Shown here one piece after another: positions 26,854-40,653 of a stretch of DNA of 53,094 nucleotides. Location of the stretch: assembly GCA_001795695.1 (NCBI GenBank), contig MGKO01000004.1, positions 1 to 53,094 on the forward strand. Reading direction: 5' to 3'. Each line of letters opens with the position of its first letter. The first letter of the stretch is position 1. Under the pieces are notes generated by a model, which was not told where the DNA came from, did no database searches, and was given only the letters and a program-made list of their open reading frames with translations. Origin of the DNA: Candidatus Yanofskybacteria bacterium RIFCSPLOWO2_01_FULL_49_17 (GTDB taxonomy: Bacteria; Patescibacteriota; Minisyncoccia; 2-02-FULL-40-12; GWA2-44-9). The translations under genes and the position numbers were made by a program.

Positions 26854-29640
26854 ATGGAGATACTTTCTCAATCCCACATCCAAGTCGAGCTCAATATCGG
26901 CGGTTCGGACAAGGCCTCGTTCCACTGGAAACCTCTTTTTGGCGAAGTCCATCCTTACGAAAGCATCACTTGGGACCGGCGAACCGCCAAGATCACGCGC
27001 GGGGACGGGACAGTGACCTTTGAGCAGAAAGATGTGGAAGTGCCGAACTTCTGGACCCAGACCGCGACCGATATCGTGGCCTCAAAATATTTCCGCGGGC
27101 GTCTGGACGCGCCGGACAGAGAATACAGCGCCAAGCAGATGGTTGACCGGGTGGCCAAGACCATCGGCCGCTGGGGGCTGAAGGACGGCTATTTCGCTTC
27201 GGCCATAGACGCCGATCATTTCGCCCGGGACCTGACCTGGCTTTTGATAAATCAGTACGCCGCTTTCAACTCACCGGTCTGGTTCAACGTCGGTACGACC
27301 GAACACCCTCAATGCTCTGCCTGTTTCATCCTTTCCGTGGACGATAGCATGGATGCCATTCTGAAGTGGGGCCATGATGAGGGAAAAATTTTCCAAAGAG
27401 GTTCCGGCGCGGGGGCTAACTTATCCAAACTTCGCGGTTCCATGGAGCCGCTGTCTGATGGCGGATATGCTTCGGGTCCAGTTTCTTTCATGAAATTTGC
27501 TGATGGCGTTGCTAATTCAATTCGCTCTGGCGGAACGACTCGCCGAGCCGCAAAAATGGTCGTTCTGGATGTTGACCATCCTGATATAAAGGATTTTATA
27601 AACTGCAAACAGATAGTGGAAGATATGGTAAAGACGCTTACCTTGGCAGGAGTAAAAAATTCTCTGACCGGGGACATCTTTGACCCATACACGCTGCTTC
27701 CATATCAGAACGCTAATAATTCCGTTCGTGTTACCGACGATTTCATGCGTGCGGTTGAGAACGATGAGGACTGGCATCTGACAGCCCGCGTTACCGGTAA
27801 AGTGCTGGAAACGGTCAAAGCCCGTGAAATAATGAACTGGATCGCCCAGGCCGCCTGGGCCTCGGCCGACCCGGGCATGCAGTATGATACGACCATCAAT
27901 GACTGGAACACTGCGGCCAACACCGGCCGCATCAACGCCTCCAATCCTTGCAGTGAATATATGCATTTGGATAATAGCGCCTGCAATCTGGCCTCATTGA
28001 ATTTGATGAAGTTTTTGAAAGAGGGCGGCAGATTTGATACGGAGCTTTTCAGGAGAGCGGTGGATGTGATGATAATGGCCCAAGACATCCTGGTTGATAA
28101 TTCTTCATATCCGACAGTGGAGATCACCAAAAATGCGAAAGATTACCGGGAACTTGGGCTGGGCTATGCCAATCTCGGGTCCCTGCTTATGGTCATGGGT
28201 TTGCCGTACGATTCTGACCAGGGCAGGCATTTGGCCGGTCACATCACTTCGCTTTTGTGCGGCGAGGCCTATCGGATGTCGGCCATCATCGCCGACGCCA
28301 AAGGTTCATTTGCCGGCTTTCAGAAGAACCGTGAGCCGATGCTACGAGTCATCAATAAGCATCTGGACGAAGCTGAAAAATTATTCTCCACCACTCATCA
28401 GGAAAACTTCTTTGACCCGGCTCTGGAATCGGCCTCGCGGCAGGTTTGGCACGAAGCGGCCGAGATGGGAGCCAAGTTCGGTGTCCGCAATTCCCAAGTT
28501 ACGGTCTTGGCACCGACCGGCACCATCGCTTTTCTGATGGATTGCGACACGACCGGCATCGAGCCGGATATCGCTTTAATCAAATACAAAAAACTGGTCG
28601 GCGGCGGGGTGCTCAAACTTTCAAACAGTCAGGTGCCGATAGCTTTGCGCCGTTTGGGCTACACTAACGAACAGATTGCGGAGATGACCGATTATCTGGC
28701 CGAGCATGACACCGTTGAAGGCGCGCCGCATTTAAAAGAGAATGACCTGCCGGTGTTTGACTGCGCCTTCAAGGCGGCCAAAGGCACGCGGAGCATTAGT
28801 TATACGGGCCACCTGAAAATGATGGCCGCCGCCCAACCGTTCATATCTGGTGCCATTTCCAAGACCATAAACCTTCCGACCGACGCAACAATAGAAGATG
28901 TTAAAAATGTATTTATGCAAGGTTGGAAGCTGGGCCTGAAAGCTATCGCTCTGTATCGTGATGGCTGTAAGTCAGTTCAGCCGCTTAATGTCAAAAATAA
29001 CGAGGAAACAACCGCCGCCGGAGCGGTTGAAAAGACCAACGGTTATACCCGCCGCAAACTGCCGGCCGAGCGTCCGTCTATGAATCACCGGTTTGAGATA
29101 GGCGGCTTTGAGGGCTATCTCAATGTTGGTTTTTATCCCGATACAATGCAGCCGGGCGAGATGTTCATCACCATTGCCAAGGAGGGGAGCACCATTTCGG
29201 GCTTATTGGACACAATAGCGACCATGGTCTCCATTTCTCTCCAATCGGGGACGCCGCTAAAATCATTGGTCAGGAAATTCAAAGACATGCGTTTTGACCC
29301 GTCCGGTTTCACCGACAATCCGGACATTCCCACCGCCAAGTCCATCGTTGATTATATTTTCCGATATTTGGGCATGAAATATTTATTGTCGGAAGACCGC
29401 GAGGAGATATTCGGTCCGGGCACAGTTGCCATGTCCACCGATTCGTTGTTGGCCGGGTTAGCGGCCTCGGCTCCGGTATCAAAGGCAGAACTTGTTCAAA
29501 CCGGCGATAAACATATGCCTGGAGCCGTATTTAAGGCCAATGCCGATGCGCCTGTCTGCCAGTGCGGCACGCTGATGGTCAAGACCGGCGCCTGCTATAC
29601 CTGTCCGAATTGTTTTGCTTCCTCCGGTGTCTGCAGCTAA
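26854..29640 (+). CDS. nrdJ: Class II (adenosylcobalamin-dependent) ribonucleotide reductase
   Basis: FNSPVWFN, QCSACFI, GGTTRRAAKM, SNPCSE, CNLAS, APTGTI, ISKTIN, C-terminal Cys zinc ribbon. Confidence 0.95.
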   Translation: MEILSQSHIQVELNIGGSDKASFHWKPLFGEVHPYESITWDRRTAKITRGDGTVTFEQKDVEVPNFWTQTATDIVASKYFRGRLDAPDREYSAKQMVDRVAKTIGRWGLKDGYFASAIDADHFARDLTWLLINQYAAFNSPVWFNVGTTEHPQCSACFILSVDDSMDAILKWGHDEGKIFQRGSGAGANLSKLRGSMEPLSDGGYASGPVSFMKFADGVANSIRSGGTTRRAAKMVVLDVDHPDIKDFINCKQIVEDMVKTLTLAGVKNSLTGDIFDPYTLLPYQNANNSVRVTDDFMRAVENDEDWHLTARVTGKVLETVKAREIMNWIAQAAWASADPGMQYDTTINDWNTAANTGRINASNPCSEYMHLDNSACNLASLNLMKFLKEGGRFDTELFRRAVDVMIMAQDILVDNSSYPTVEITKNAKDYRELGLGYANLGSLLMVMGLPYDSDQGRHLAGHITSLLCGEAYRMSAIIADAKGSFAGFQKNREPMLRVINKHLDEAEKLFSTTHQENFFDPALESASRQVWHEAAEMGAKFGVRNSQVTVLAPTGTIAFLMDCDTTGIEPDIALIKYKKLVGGGVLKLSNSQVPIALRRLGYTNEQIAEMTDYLAEHDTVEGAPHLKENDLPVFDCAFKAAKGTRSISYTGHLKMMAAAQPFISGAISKTINLPTDATIEDVKNVFMQGWKLGLKAIALYRDGCKSVQPLNVKNNEETTAAGAVEKTNGYTRRKLPAERPSMNHRFEIGGFEGYLNVGFYPDTMQPGEMFITIAKEGSTISGLLDTIATMVSISLQSGTPLKSLVRKFKDMRFDPSGFTDNPDIPTAKSIVDYIFRYLGMKYLLSEDREEIFGPGTVAMSTDSLLAGLAASAPVSKAELVQTGDKHMPGAVFKANADAPVCQCGTLMVKTGACYTCPNCFASSGVCS

Positions 29641-29683
29641 AACTAATAAAAAAGGTCCCAAGATGGGACCTTTTTTATTAGTT
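29641..29683. terminator. Intrinsic terminator after nrdJ
   Basis: AACTAATAAAAAAGGTCCCA-AGA-TGGGACCTTTTTTATTAGTT. Confidence 0.85.
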
Positions 29684-29705
29684 TTAATCCTGCTAAAATT
29701 TATTG

Positions 29706-31238
29706 ATGCATAAGGCACAGGTGTTTGGCTATTTTCTTATCTCGTTCCTGGCGGGAGTTTTTGTCGGAAGTTTTGTGGCCAATCCGACGCGGTTCATGCT
29801 GGTGCTGATGGTTGTCGGAGCTTTTAATTTTGTGACATTCGGCAGGCGGGACCGGATGAAGGGCCTGGCCATCGGAGGATGCTTCCTCGCGGCAGCTTTG
29901 GGAGTGTTTCGCTATGGTTCCGCCAATTTCAGCCACAGCGTTCTGTCTTCATTTGCCGGCGTAGAGGCCGGCGGCAAAGGCGTGCCGGTCCAGTTGGTTG
30001 GATACATTGACGAGGAGCCATCTTTGACCTCAAGCGGCAACGCCAGCATCGTTTTTCGGGCGAAACAACTGATCGTCCCGGGCCATATCCTGAAAACAAA
30101 CGAACGCATGCTCATCATCGCTAAGGCGTTTCCGGAATATAAATTTGGGGAAACATTGACAGTCGCCGGCTCTCTGGGGCTTCCCGACAACTTCACTCCG
30201 GATTTTGATTACGTCGCGTATCTGAAGAACAGGTCCATCCGAACTACGATGTTGTTTCCAAATATTTCTCACTCGGCCTCGCCTCTTTCATTTGGAGAGC
30301 GGCTCAAGCTTAATGTTTACAGTAAATTATTCGCTGTCAAAGATAAATTTGAAAGTTCCATAAGGAATGTGATGGCGGAGCCGAATGCCTCCTACGTCAA
30401 CGGGATACTTTTGGGGAGCAGACAGGACATACCGGCCGAGCTCAAGGAAGCGTTCAACAGGACCGGGACCACTCATATCTTGGCCATCTCCGGCTATAAC
30501 ATCACCATAATCGCCCAGGCGCTCTTGGCCGCCCTGGTCTTCTTCGTCCGGCGCAGAACGGCATTCTGGCTTTCGGTCGTTTTCATTTTACTTTTCACGA
30601 TAATGACCGGAGCCGGCGCTTCTGTGGTCCGCGCGGCTATCATGGGACTTTTGCTCTTGGCCGCCAACGGCTATGGCAGGATGTATGATCCGAAGAACTC
30701 CATACTTCTGGCGGCCGGGGCGATGGTCTGGCTGAATCCGCTTTCTCTCCGTTTTGATATCGGTTTTCAATTGTCCTTTATGGCCGTCATCGGCTTGATG
30801 TATGTCCATCCGCTTCTGGAACATTTTTTCCGGCGGATGCGTTTTTCAAAGGAGGTTTACAGAAACCTGAAAGAGACGCTGCTGATGACCGTTTCGGCCC
30901 AACTGATGGTCGCGCCGCTGCTGATATATTATTTCAGACAGTTCTCCGCCGTTTCTTTACCGGCCAATATTCTGGTCTTGCCTTTGATGCCGCTTACGAT
31001 GCTGTTCGGGTTTCTGTCCGGCGCGGTCGGTTTGATACTGATGCCCTTGGGCAAGGCCCTCTCGCTGATTGCCTGGCTTCTGACCGGCTATCAACTTGGA
31101 ATCATCAAATGGCTGGGAGGGCTTTCCTGGGCGTCCCTTAAGATTTCCATGAATTGGGCGACTTTAAGCGTTATTTACATTTTGTTCGCTGTCGTTGTTT
31201 GGAACCTGCGCTCTAAAATAAATCGATATGAGATTTGA
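29706..31238 (+). CDS. comEC: ComEC/Rec2 competence protein (no beta-lactamase domain)
   Basis: FDY..YL, G.LLG, TGTTHILAISGYN, SVVRAAIM, GFQLSF, ANIL..P. Confidence 0.93.
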   Translation: MHKAQVFGYFLISFLAGVFVGSFVANPTRFMLVLMVVGAFNFVTFGRRDRMKGLAIGGCFLAAALGVFRYGSANFSHSVLSSFAGVEAGGKGVPVQLVGYIDEEPSLTSSGNASIVFRAKQLIVPGHILKTNERMLIIAKAFPEYKFGETLTVAGSLGLPDNFTPDFDYVAYLKNRSIRTTMLFPNISHSASPLSFGERLKLNVYSKLFAVKDKFESSIRNVMAEPNASYVNGILLGSRQDIPAELKEAFNRTGTTHILAISGYNITIIAQALLAALVFFVRRRTAFWLSVVFILLFTIMTGAGASVVRAAIMGLLLLAANGYGRMYDPKNSILLAAGAMVWLNPLSLRFDIGFQLSFMAVIGLMYVHPLLEHFFRRMRFSKEVYRNLKETLLMTVSAQLMVAPLLIYYFRQFSAVSLPANILVLPLMPLTMLFGFLSGAVGLILMPLGKALSLIAWLLTGYQLGIIKWLGGLSWASLKISMNWATLSVIYILFAVVVWNLRSKINRYEI

Positions 31239-31839
31239 TGTCCGCATCGCCGCCGTATTTATCGTCGTCGCCCTGACCGGCTTCTATTGGGGACAAGGAT
31301 CTGTTCCGTCCGGCCAGCCGGCTCTTATCGGGCTGTTTCAGGATAATGAGCCCTTCGTAACTGATTACAGGGTCAAGGACGCGGATTGCAGGGCGGATGG
31401 TCCGTATCCAGACCATGAGTGCACACCCGGGGCCGTTTTTCCGGATGTGACAGCGGGCCAAGTTTGCGTTTCAGGTTATTCTAAGACCGTCCGCAAAGTT
31501 TCGGAATCCTTGAAAAAGCGGGTCTATCGCTCGTACGACATCGCGTATCCGCCGCCGTTCGGTTCCTATGAGCTGGACCATTTCATCCCTTTGTCCTTGG
31601 GCGGCAATAATGATATCGCCAATCTCTGGCCTTTCGCCGCCGAACCGCGGCCCGGGTTCATAGAAAAGGACCTGGTCGTCAATTATTTGCGTCAAAATGT
31701 CTGCGGCGGGGGGATGACTCTCCAAGCGGCACAGCGGGCGATCGCGACCTATTGGGTCCAGGTCTATGAGAGCATCGACGCTTCAGAAAAAGCGGAACTA
31801 AAAAAGTTGTACCCAAGCTGGGCCGAGATCCGCCGATAG
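31228..31839 (+). CDS. Exported protein with HNH-like motif
   Basis: N-terminal hydrophobic segment; TPGA, YELDHFIPLSLGG.N...NLWP. Confidence 0.75.
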   Translation: MRFDVRIAAVFIVVALTGFYWGQGSVPSGQPALIGLFQDNEPFVTDYRVKDADCRADGPYPDHECTPGAVFPDVTAGQVCVSGYSKTVRKVSESLKKRVYRSYDIAYPPPFGSYELDHFIPLSLGGNNDIANLWPFAAEPRPGFIEKDLVVNYLRQNVCGGGMTLQAAQRAIATYWVQVYESIDASEKAELKKLYPSWAEIRR

Positions 31840-31879
31840 TTTATTGCAGTCCGCTGAATAAATAAGTATAATCGTAGTC

Positions 31880-32470
31880 ATGATAAAAGAACGCACCTTA
31901 GTTTTGCTGAAACCAGATTCGCTCCAGAGGTCCCAAGTCGGGGAGATAATCCGCCGGATTGAAAGGACAGGCCTTAAGCTTGTTGCTTTAAAAATGCTTC
32001 GGGCCACCGAGGAGCAGCTTTTTGAGCATTATAATAAAAACGACGGCTGGTACATGAAAAAAGGAGCTCAAAGGACCGAGCAGATGAATGCCAAGGGCCA
32101 GCCGATGACCAAAGACGTGATCGAATATGGGAAGGATGTTGTCAGGGGCAATGTTAAGTTCATGACCGCTTCGCCGCTTATCGCCATGATTTGGCAGGGC
32201 AATAAAGCTATCGGCATTGTCAAAAAAATAGTCGGCGGGACAGAGCCGCTTACTTCTGATGTCGGCACCATCCGCGGCGACCTCACCCTGGATTCATTTG
32301 AGCTTTCTGATTCAGAAGCTCGGGCTGTCCGCAATCTTATCCATTGCTCGGACGCTGAAAATGCCGAACGGGAGATGAAGCTCTGGTTCAAACCGGAGGA
32401 ACTATTTGATTACCGACACATCGCCGAGGAGATACTCTATGACATAAATCTTGACGGTTTAAGGGAATAA
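31880..32470 (+). CDS. ndk: Nucleoside-diphosphate kinase
   Basis: ERTLVLLKPD, GTIRGD, RNLIHCSD. Confidence 0.95.
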   Translation: MIKERTLVLLKPDSLQRSQVGEIIRRIERTGLKLVALKMLRATEEQLFEHYNKNDGWYMKKGAQRTEQMNAKGQPMTKDVIEYGKDVVRGNVKFMTASPLIAMIWQGNKAIGIVKKIVGGTEPLTSDVGTIRGDLTLDSFELSDSEARAVRNLIHCSDAENAEREMKLWFKPEELFDYRHIAEEILYDINLDGLRE

Positions 32471-32598
32471 TAAAAGAATTCTCTTGTTGCTCCAAAAAAA
32501 TCATTAAAGTCAAGAGCGGTTTTTGGGTTTTTTCCCACGACTTATCAACTCTTTATCCACTTTTGTAATGACTTTGCAATTTATACGTTGTATGCTTG

Positions 32599-32774
32599 TG
32601 GCAGGCCTGAGGCATTCGTAAAAACTGTAGCTAAACTTAACATCAAGGGATCCCTATCATTGAATGTTCCTGGCGAGCGCGGTTGATTCATCAGTCAGCG
32701 TTCCGATGGGACATCCTGCGGGAACCCACTAGTTGTACCGACTTCAGCAAAGTTACGAATGCTTCGGACCGCCA
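32599..32774 (+). ncRNA. Probable 6S RNA (ssrS-like); strand inferred
   Basis: ~176-nt rod: TGGCAGGCCTGAGGCATTCGTAA pairs with TTACGAATGCTTCGGACCGCCA, central unpaired bubble, apical stem, followed by a terminator. Confidence 0.65.
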
Positions 32775-32810
32775 ACTAAAAACACCTCCCGTAGGGAGGT
32801 GTTTTTAGTT
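32774..32810. terminator. Bidirectional terminator between the 6S-like RNA and tRNA-Pro
   Basis: AACTAAAAACACCTCCC-GTA-GGGAGGTGTTTTTAGTT. Confidence 0.85.
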
Positions 32811-32815
32811 TATTG

Positions 32816-32886
32816 TCCGGCTGCCGGGAGTTGAACCCGGGTTACATGACCCCCAGCCATGCGTAATACCGTTATACCACAGCCGG
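32816..32886 (-). tRNA. tRNA-Pro(GGG)
   Basis: Reverse strand CCGGCTG...CAGCCGG-A, anticodon arm CATGG-CTGGGGG-TCATG, GGTTCAACTCC T-arm. Confidence 0.9.
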
Positions 32887-32887
32887 A

Positions 32888-33082
32888 TTAGGCCGAGACC
32901 ATCAATCGTTTGGCTTGGGTCTTGATGCAGTCGGTACAGATACGAATGCGCTTGCCGTCCATTCGGGCCCACTGGAGGTTTACCATCGCTCGCTTGCGTG
33001 AAGTCGGATTATAATGGCCGCGCAAAAGCACGCGGGTGGTCTTCATTATCGGTTTTTTACCGCAAATAGGGCATCTAGTCAT
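32888..33082 (-). CDS. rpmB: 50S ribosomal protein bL28
   Basis: CPICGK...NLQ...RICTDCIK. Confidence 0.85.
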   Translation of the reverse strand: MTRCPICGKKPIMKTTRVLLRGHYNPTSRKRAMVNLQWARMDGKRIRICTDCIKTQAKRLMVSA

Positions 33083-33201
33083 TGTTCTAGGTCGTTAGGT
33101 TATAGGAATTAGGTTATAGTTAAAACTAATTTACTATCTCCTATAAACTATAAGCTGATTGCCAGAATAGCACGTTATTGCTATTCTGGCAATACAAATA
33201 C

Positions 33202-33813
33202 ATGTCCATCTACACGATCTTTGTTCTCGTCGTTTTCATCTATTCAGTTGTTATCCATGAGGTCAGCCACGGTCTGGCCGCCCAAGCGATGGGGGACGAT
33301 ACCGCTAAAAATCTCGGCCGCCTGTCGCTCAATCCTTTCAAGCATCTTGACCTCTTTGGCTCCGTTATCTTGCCGATAACCCTGCTCATTATTTCAGCCG
33401 GCGGATTCGCTTTCGGCTACGCCAAGCCGGTGCCGTATAATCCCAACAATCTGCGCGACCAGAAGTATGGCCCGATAAAAGTGGCTTTGGCTGGCCCGGC
33501 TTCCAACGTCCTTGTCGCTCTTGTTTTCGGCCTTATTCTCCGGTCTTTCCCTGATTTTGTCAGTCCCGGGGTATACGATCTTTTTGCCGGTATAGTGTTC
33601 ATCAATCTTATTCTCGCCGTTTTCAATCTGTTTCCGATACCGCCGTTGGACGGCCATTGGGTCCTGGTAACGCTTCTTCCGGCCCGTTTTTATGCCTTCC
33701 GTATTTTCCTGTATCGTTACGCAATATTCCTGTTCATTTTCTTCATTATGTTCATTTACCCCATTATTTTCCCCATAATTCCTTGGCTGGAGCGTCTGAT
33801 AATAGGTTCGTAG
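33202..33813 (+). CDS. Site-2 (M50) intramembrane metalloprotease
   Basis: [32 protein letters not shown]. Confidence 0.93.
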   Translation: MSIYTIFVLVVFIYSVVIHEVSHGLAAQAMGDDTAKNLGRLSLNPFKHLDLFGSVILPITLLIISAGGFAFGYAKPVPYNPNNLRDQKYGPIKVALAGPASNVLVALVFGLILRSFPDFVSPGVYDLFAGIVFINLILAVFNLFPIPPLDGHWVLVTLLPARFYAFRIFLYRYAIFLFIFFIMFIYPIIFPIIPWLERLIIGS

Positions 33814-33895
33814 CGGCTATTGCGTTGCTTACTTTTATCTGTTAACATACCTCTACCCATTGAATACAATTCAGGCGGGAGTCAGGTGTTTTTTT

Positions 33896-34306
33896 ATGCC
33901 AACCTTTAGACAACTTATTAAGAATCCGAGAAAAATGGCCCGAGCGAAAACCAAGTCGCCGGCTTTGACTTTTGGCATCAATACCATTCATAACCGGCCG
34001 GTCTCGTATCCGGCTCCCTTCAAGCGCGGCGTTTGCATCCAGGTCCGGACCATGACTCCGAAAAAGCCGAACTCCGCTTTGCGCAAGATCGCCCGCGTCC
34101 GCCTGACCAACGGCATGGAGGTTACGGCCTATATCCCGGGCATCGGCCACAATCTGCAGGAACACTCGGTAGTCATGCTACGCGGCGGCCGCGTAAAGGA
34201 TTTGCCGGGCGTCCGTTATCATATCGTCCGCGGCGTTCTGGATGCCGGCGGAGTAGAAGGAAGGAAACAGGAGCGTTCCAAATACGGAGCGAAAAAGGGC
34301 AAATGA
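33896..34306 (+). CDS. rpsL: 30S ribosomal protein uS12
   Basis: [31 protein letters not shown]. Confidence 0.98.
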   Translation: MPTFRQLIKNPRKMARAKTKSPALTFGINTIHNRPVSYPAPFKRGVCIQVRTMTPKKPNSALRKIARVRLTNGMEVTAYIPGIGHNLQEHSVVMLRGGRVKDLPGVRYHIVRGVLDAGGVEGRKQERSKYGAKKGK

Positions 34307-34377
34307 TTAGCTTTTTAGCTGATTAGCTTATTAGGGTAACCTAAAAAGCTAGTAAGCTGATAAGCTAGTAAGCTAAA
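34307..34377. repeat. AGCT 8-mer fold-back element (also 34846-34920, 44548-44628, 49217-49286; arms at 21809-21844 and 21941-21978)
   Basis: (TAGCTNNT)n-TAGG-GYAA-CCTA-(NNAAGCTA)n. Confidence 0.9.
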
Positions 34378-34845
34378 TTGAGACGTCCAGTCAAAAACAG
34401 AATTGAGATAGAGCCCGACCTGAAATATCAGAGCGTTTTGGTTTCCAAGCTCATCAATAAGATAATGAGCCGCGGCAAAAAGGCCTTAGCGACGCATATT
34501 GTTTATCGCGCCTTGGAGATATTAGAGCAGAAGACCAAAAAGCCGGCCTTGGAAGCTCTAGACATCGCCATCAATAACGCCGGACCGAACATGGAATTGA
34601 AATCGCGACGCGTCGGCGGCGCCAATTATCAGATTCCGATAGAGGTCAAACCGGAGCGCAAGACCGCCCTAGCCATCCGCTGGATGATAGAGGCCGCCCG
34701 TTCGGCCAAAGGCAAGCCAATGGAGGAGAAGTTCTCCGAGGAGATGCTGAACGCTTTCAATAACACTGGCGGCGCGGTCAAGAAGAAATTAGACACTCAT
34801 CGCATGGCGGAAGCCAACAAGGCCTTCGCCCATTTCGCCTGGTAA
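34378..34845 (+). CDS. rpsG: 30S ribosomal protein uS7 (TTG start)
   Basis: GKK, SRRVGGANYQIP, HRMAEANKAFAH. Confidence 0.97.
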   Translation: MRRPVKNRIEIEPDLKYQSVLVSKLINKIMSRGKKALATHIVYRALEILEQKTKKPALEALDIAINNAGPNMELKSRRVGGANYQIPIEVKPERKTALAIRWMIEAARSAKGKPMEEKFSEEMLNAFNNTGGAVKKKLDTHRMAEANKAFAHFAW

Positions 34846-34920
34846 GTAATCAGCTTCTTAGCTGATTAGCTGACTAGGGCAACCTAAGAAGCTAGTAAGC
34901 TGATAAGCTAGTAAGCTAAG

Positions 34921-37025
<2,105 letters not shown>

Positions 37026-37026
<1 letters not shown>

Positions 37027-37292
37027 TGGCTATTGAGATAAACGAATTAAAGCAGATGCTTAAGCACTCCACCGCGGTGCTTATATTGGATAACGGTGAC
37101 CCGTCTTTTGTAGTTCTGGATTACGCGACTTATAAAAGGATGCTTGAGGCCGAAACCGGCAATGGTTCGGTCACTACGGCGTCAAAAGGGCAATCATCCG
37201 AATCCGAACTCTTGGAAAGGATAAATAAAGATATTCTCGCTCTCAAGGAGCAGATAGAGGAGGAAGAAAAGAATCTCGGCCTCCAGGAGTAG
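37026..37292 (+). CDS. Hypothetical protein, Phd/YefM-like N-terminus
   Basis: TAATG coupling to fusA; VLILDNGDPSFVVLDY.TY pattern. Confidence 0.65.
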
Positions 37293-37457
37293 GAACAAAC
37301 TCCTTATTGTTGATAGTCCTTAAGGATGGGGTTGACGCTTCTTAGGTTTTCGTCTAAAATGGATATTGCGCATTTTAATTAAACAGGTGATAGTTTTTAG
37401 GAGTATAGGTTCTAGGTTACTATAAGCTATATCCTATAAGCTATAACCTCAAATCGG

Positions 37458-38660
<1,203 letters not shown>

Positions 38661-38716
38661 GTGTAACGAACCCCCACCTTTCGATCTAAAGATGGGGGTA
38701 GTTCCTTCGTAACTAA

Positions 38717-39040
38717 ATGGCTAAGAAAACAGAAAACCACCAGCGCATCCGAATCAAACTGAAGGCCTACGACAATAAGATAATAGACAAGTCGGCGGCC
38801 CAGATCGTGGATACCATCGAGCGCAACGGCGGCCAGCCCATCGGGCCGGTGCCATTGCCGACCGAGATACACAAGTACACGGTCAACCGCTCAAGCTTTA
38901 TTGACAAGAACTCGCGCGAGCAGTTTGAGATGCGGACCCACAAGCGCCTGATAGACATTGAGAACCCGACCCCCAAGATAATCGATTCGCTGATGAACCT
39001 AAACCTCCCTGCGGGCGTCGATATAGAAGTAAAGATGTAG
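38717..39040 (+). CDS. rpsJ: 30S ribosomal protein uS10
   Basis: [31 protein letters not shown]. Confidence 0.98.
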   Translation: MAKKTENHQRIRIKLKAYDNKIIDKSAAQIVDTIERNGGQPIGPVPLPTEIHKYTVNRSSFIDKNSREQFEMRTHKRLIDIENPTPKIIDSLMNLNLPAGVDIEVKM

Positions 39041-39313
39041 TTGTTATTTCACCTCGGTTCTGATATAATCGGAGCCGAGAATAAGGTAGCAAATACGCGG
39101 TAGTATTTATCCGGCAATGGTTCGACAGGCTCACCACAAGCGGTGGCCGAAGTTCACGAAAGTGAGAACATCGAACAAATCCGGTTTATAAAAATACATC
39201 GAGTAACAGTTATCTTAATTATTCAGAGTGGTTTCAAACCAATCTAAGTAAACCAAACAAAAACAAAGAGACCAGCTGGGCGGATGCCGGCTAGTCCGGC
39301 GTTTTTTGTGAAA

Positions 39314-39937
39314 ATGAACAAGTTTATTCTAGGTATAAAAGTGGGCATGAGCCAGATATTCAAGGAAGACGGAACGGTCGTTCCGGTTACGCTTGTTCAA
39401 ATTAAGCCCAATACTGTTGTTCAGATTAAAACTACCGAAAAAGATGGCTATCAGTCCGTCCAGCTTGGCATTGGCACCAAAAAGAAATTGACCAAGCCAC
39501 AGAAGGGCCACATGAAGAATCTCGGTAATTTTGCGGTATTGAAAGAATTTAAAACTACCGCCGCCATGCCTGCCGGCAGGCAGGAGTATAAGCAAGGCGA
39601 CATTTTGGAAGCAAGTGTCTTTGCAGAGGGTGAAAAGGTCAAAGTCACCGGCACAACCAAAGGTAAGGGCTTCCAAGGTGTGGTCAAACGTCATGGGTTC
39701 CGCGGTATGCCGGCCTCTCACGGCCATCATTCGGTGATGCGCCATGGCGGTTCCATCGGTCAGCGTTTTCCCCAGCACACCCTGCCGGGCATGCGCATGC
39801 CGGGCCGGATGGGCGACAATCGCTTGACCGTCCGCGGTCTGACCGTGGTCAAAGTGGATGCCGAGAAAGGCATTATCGCCATCAAAGGCGCGGTTCCCGG
39901 TAATAATGGTTCAATTGTGCAAATTATGACTCAGTAA
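39314..39937 (+). CDS. rplC: 50S ribosomal protein uL3
   Basis: GIKVGMSQ, DGY..VQ, KGKGFQGVVKRH, KGAVPG. Confidence 0.97.
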   Translation: MNKFILGIKVGMSQIFKEDGTVVPVTLVQIKPNTVVQIKTTEKDGYQSVQLGIGTKKKLTKPQKGHMKNLGNFAVLKEFKTTAAMPAGRQEYKQGDILEASVFAEGEKVKVTGTTKGKGFQGVVKRHGFRGMPASHGHHSVMRHGGSIGQRFPQHTLPGMRMPGRMGDNRLTVRGLTVVKVDAEKGIIAIKGAVPGNNGSIVQIMTQ

Positions 39938-39995
39938 TCTACTAATGCAACCCGTTCAGATATTCGTACATTCGTACTAGATTAGTAATTCGTAG

Positions 39996-40640
39996 ATGAT
40001 GGAATATCCTTTATACAACCAAGCCGCCGAGCAAATAGGAAATGTGGAATTGGCACAGAGCGTGTTCGGTTTGCCCATGAACAAAGACCTTTTATATCAG
40101 GTCGTTACTTCCATGATTGCCAATAAGCGCCAGGTCATTGCTCACGCCAAGGGTCGCGGAGAGGTCAGGGGCGGAGGCAAGAAACCTTGGCAGCAGAAAG
40201 GCACCGGCCGGGCCCGGCACGGCTCCATCCGTTCTCCGATCTGGAAGGGCGGCGGCGTTACTCATGGTCCGACCAAAGAGCGCAATTTCAAAAAAGCGGT
40301 GAACAAAAAAATGGTCCAGCAGGCCCTGCGGGTGGCGTTGTCGGATAAAGCCCGCGGCCGGCATATTGTGGTCGTGGACAATTTCAATATCTCCAAACCG
40401 AAAACCAAAGAGCTGGCCGGCATGCTGAAAAACTTTTCAAAAGTGGTCCAGAGATTGAACAGTATTTTGTTCGTCGTCCCGGACGGCAACAATGACCTGT
40501 ACAAAGCCGCCCGCAACATCCCTTACTTGACGACCATTGAAGCCAAAAATGTCAATCCCTTGGCCGTCTCGTCTTCGAAGCATGTTTTTATGCCGAAATC
40601 AGCTTTGCAAACGATTGAAAAAAGATTAATTAGAAATTAG
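39996..40640 (+). CDS. rplD: 50S ribosomal protein uL4
   Basis: GGGKKPWQQKGTGRARHGS.RSP.W.GGG. Confidence 0.97.
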   Translation: MMEYPLYNQAAEQIGNVELAQSVFGLPMNKDLLYQVVTSMIANKRQVIAHAKGRGEVRGGGKKPWQQKGTGRARHGSIRSPIWKGGGVTHGPTKERNFKKAVNKKMVQQALRVALSDKARGRHIVVVDNFNISKPKTKELAGMLKNFSKVVQRLNSILFVVPDGNNDLYKAARNIPYLTTIEAKNVNPLAVSSSKHVFMPKSALQTIEKRLIRN

Positions 40641-40653
40641 CAATTTTATAGCC

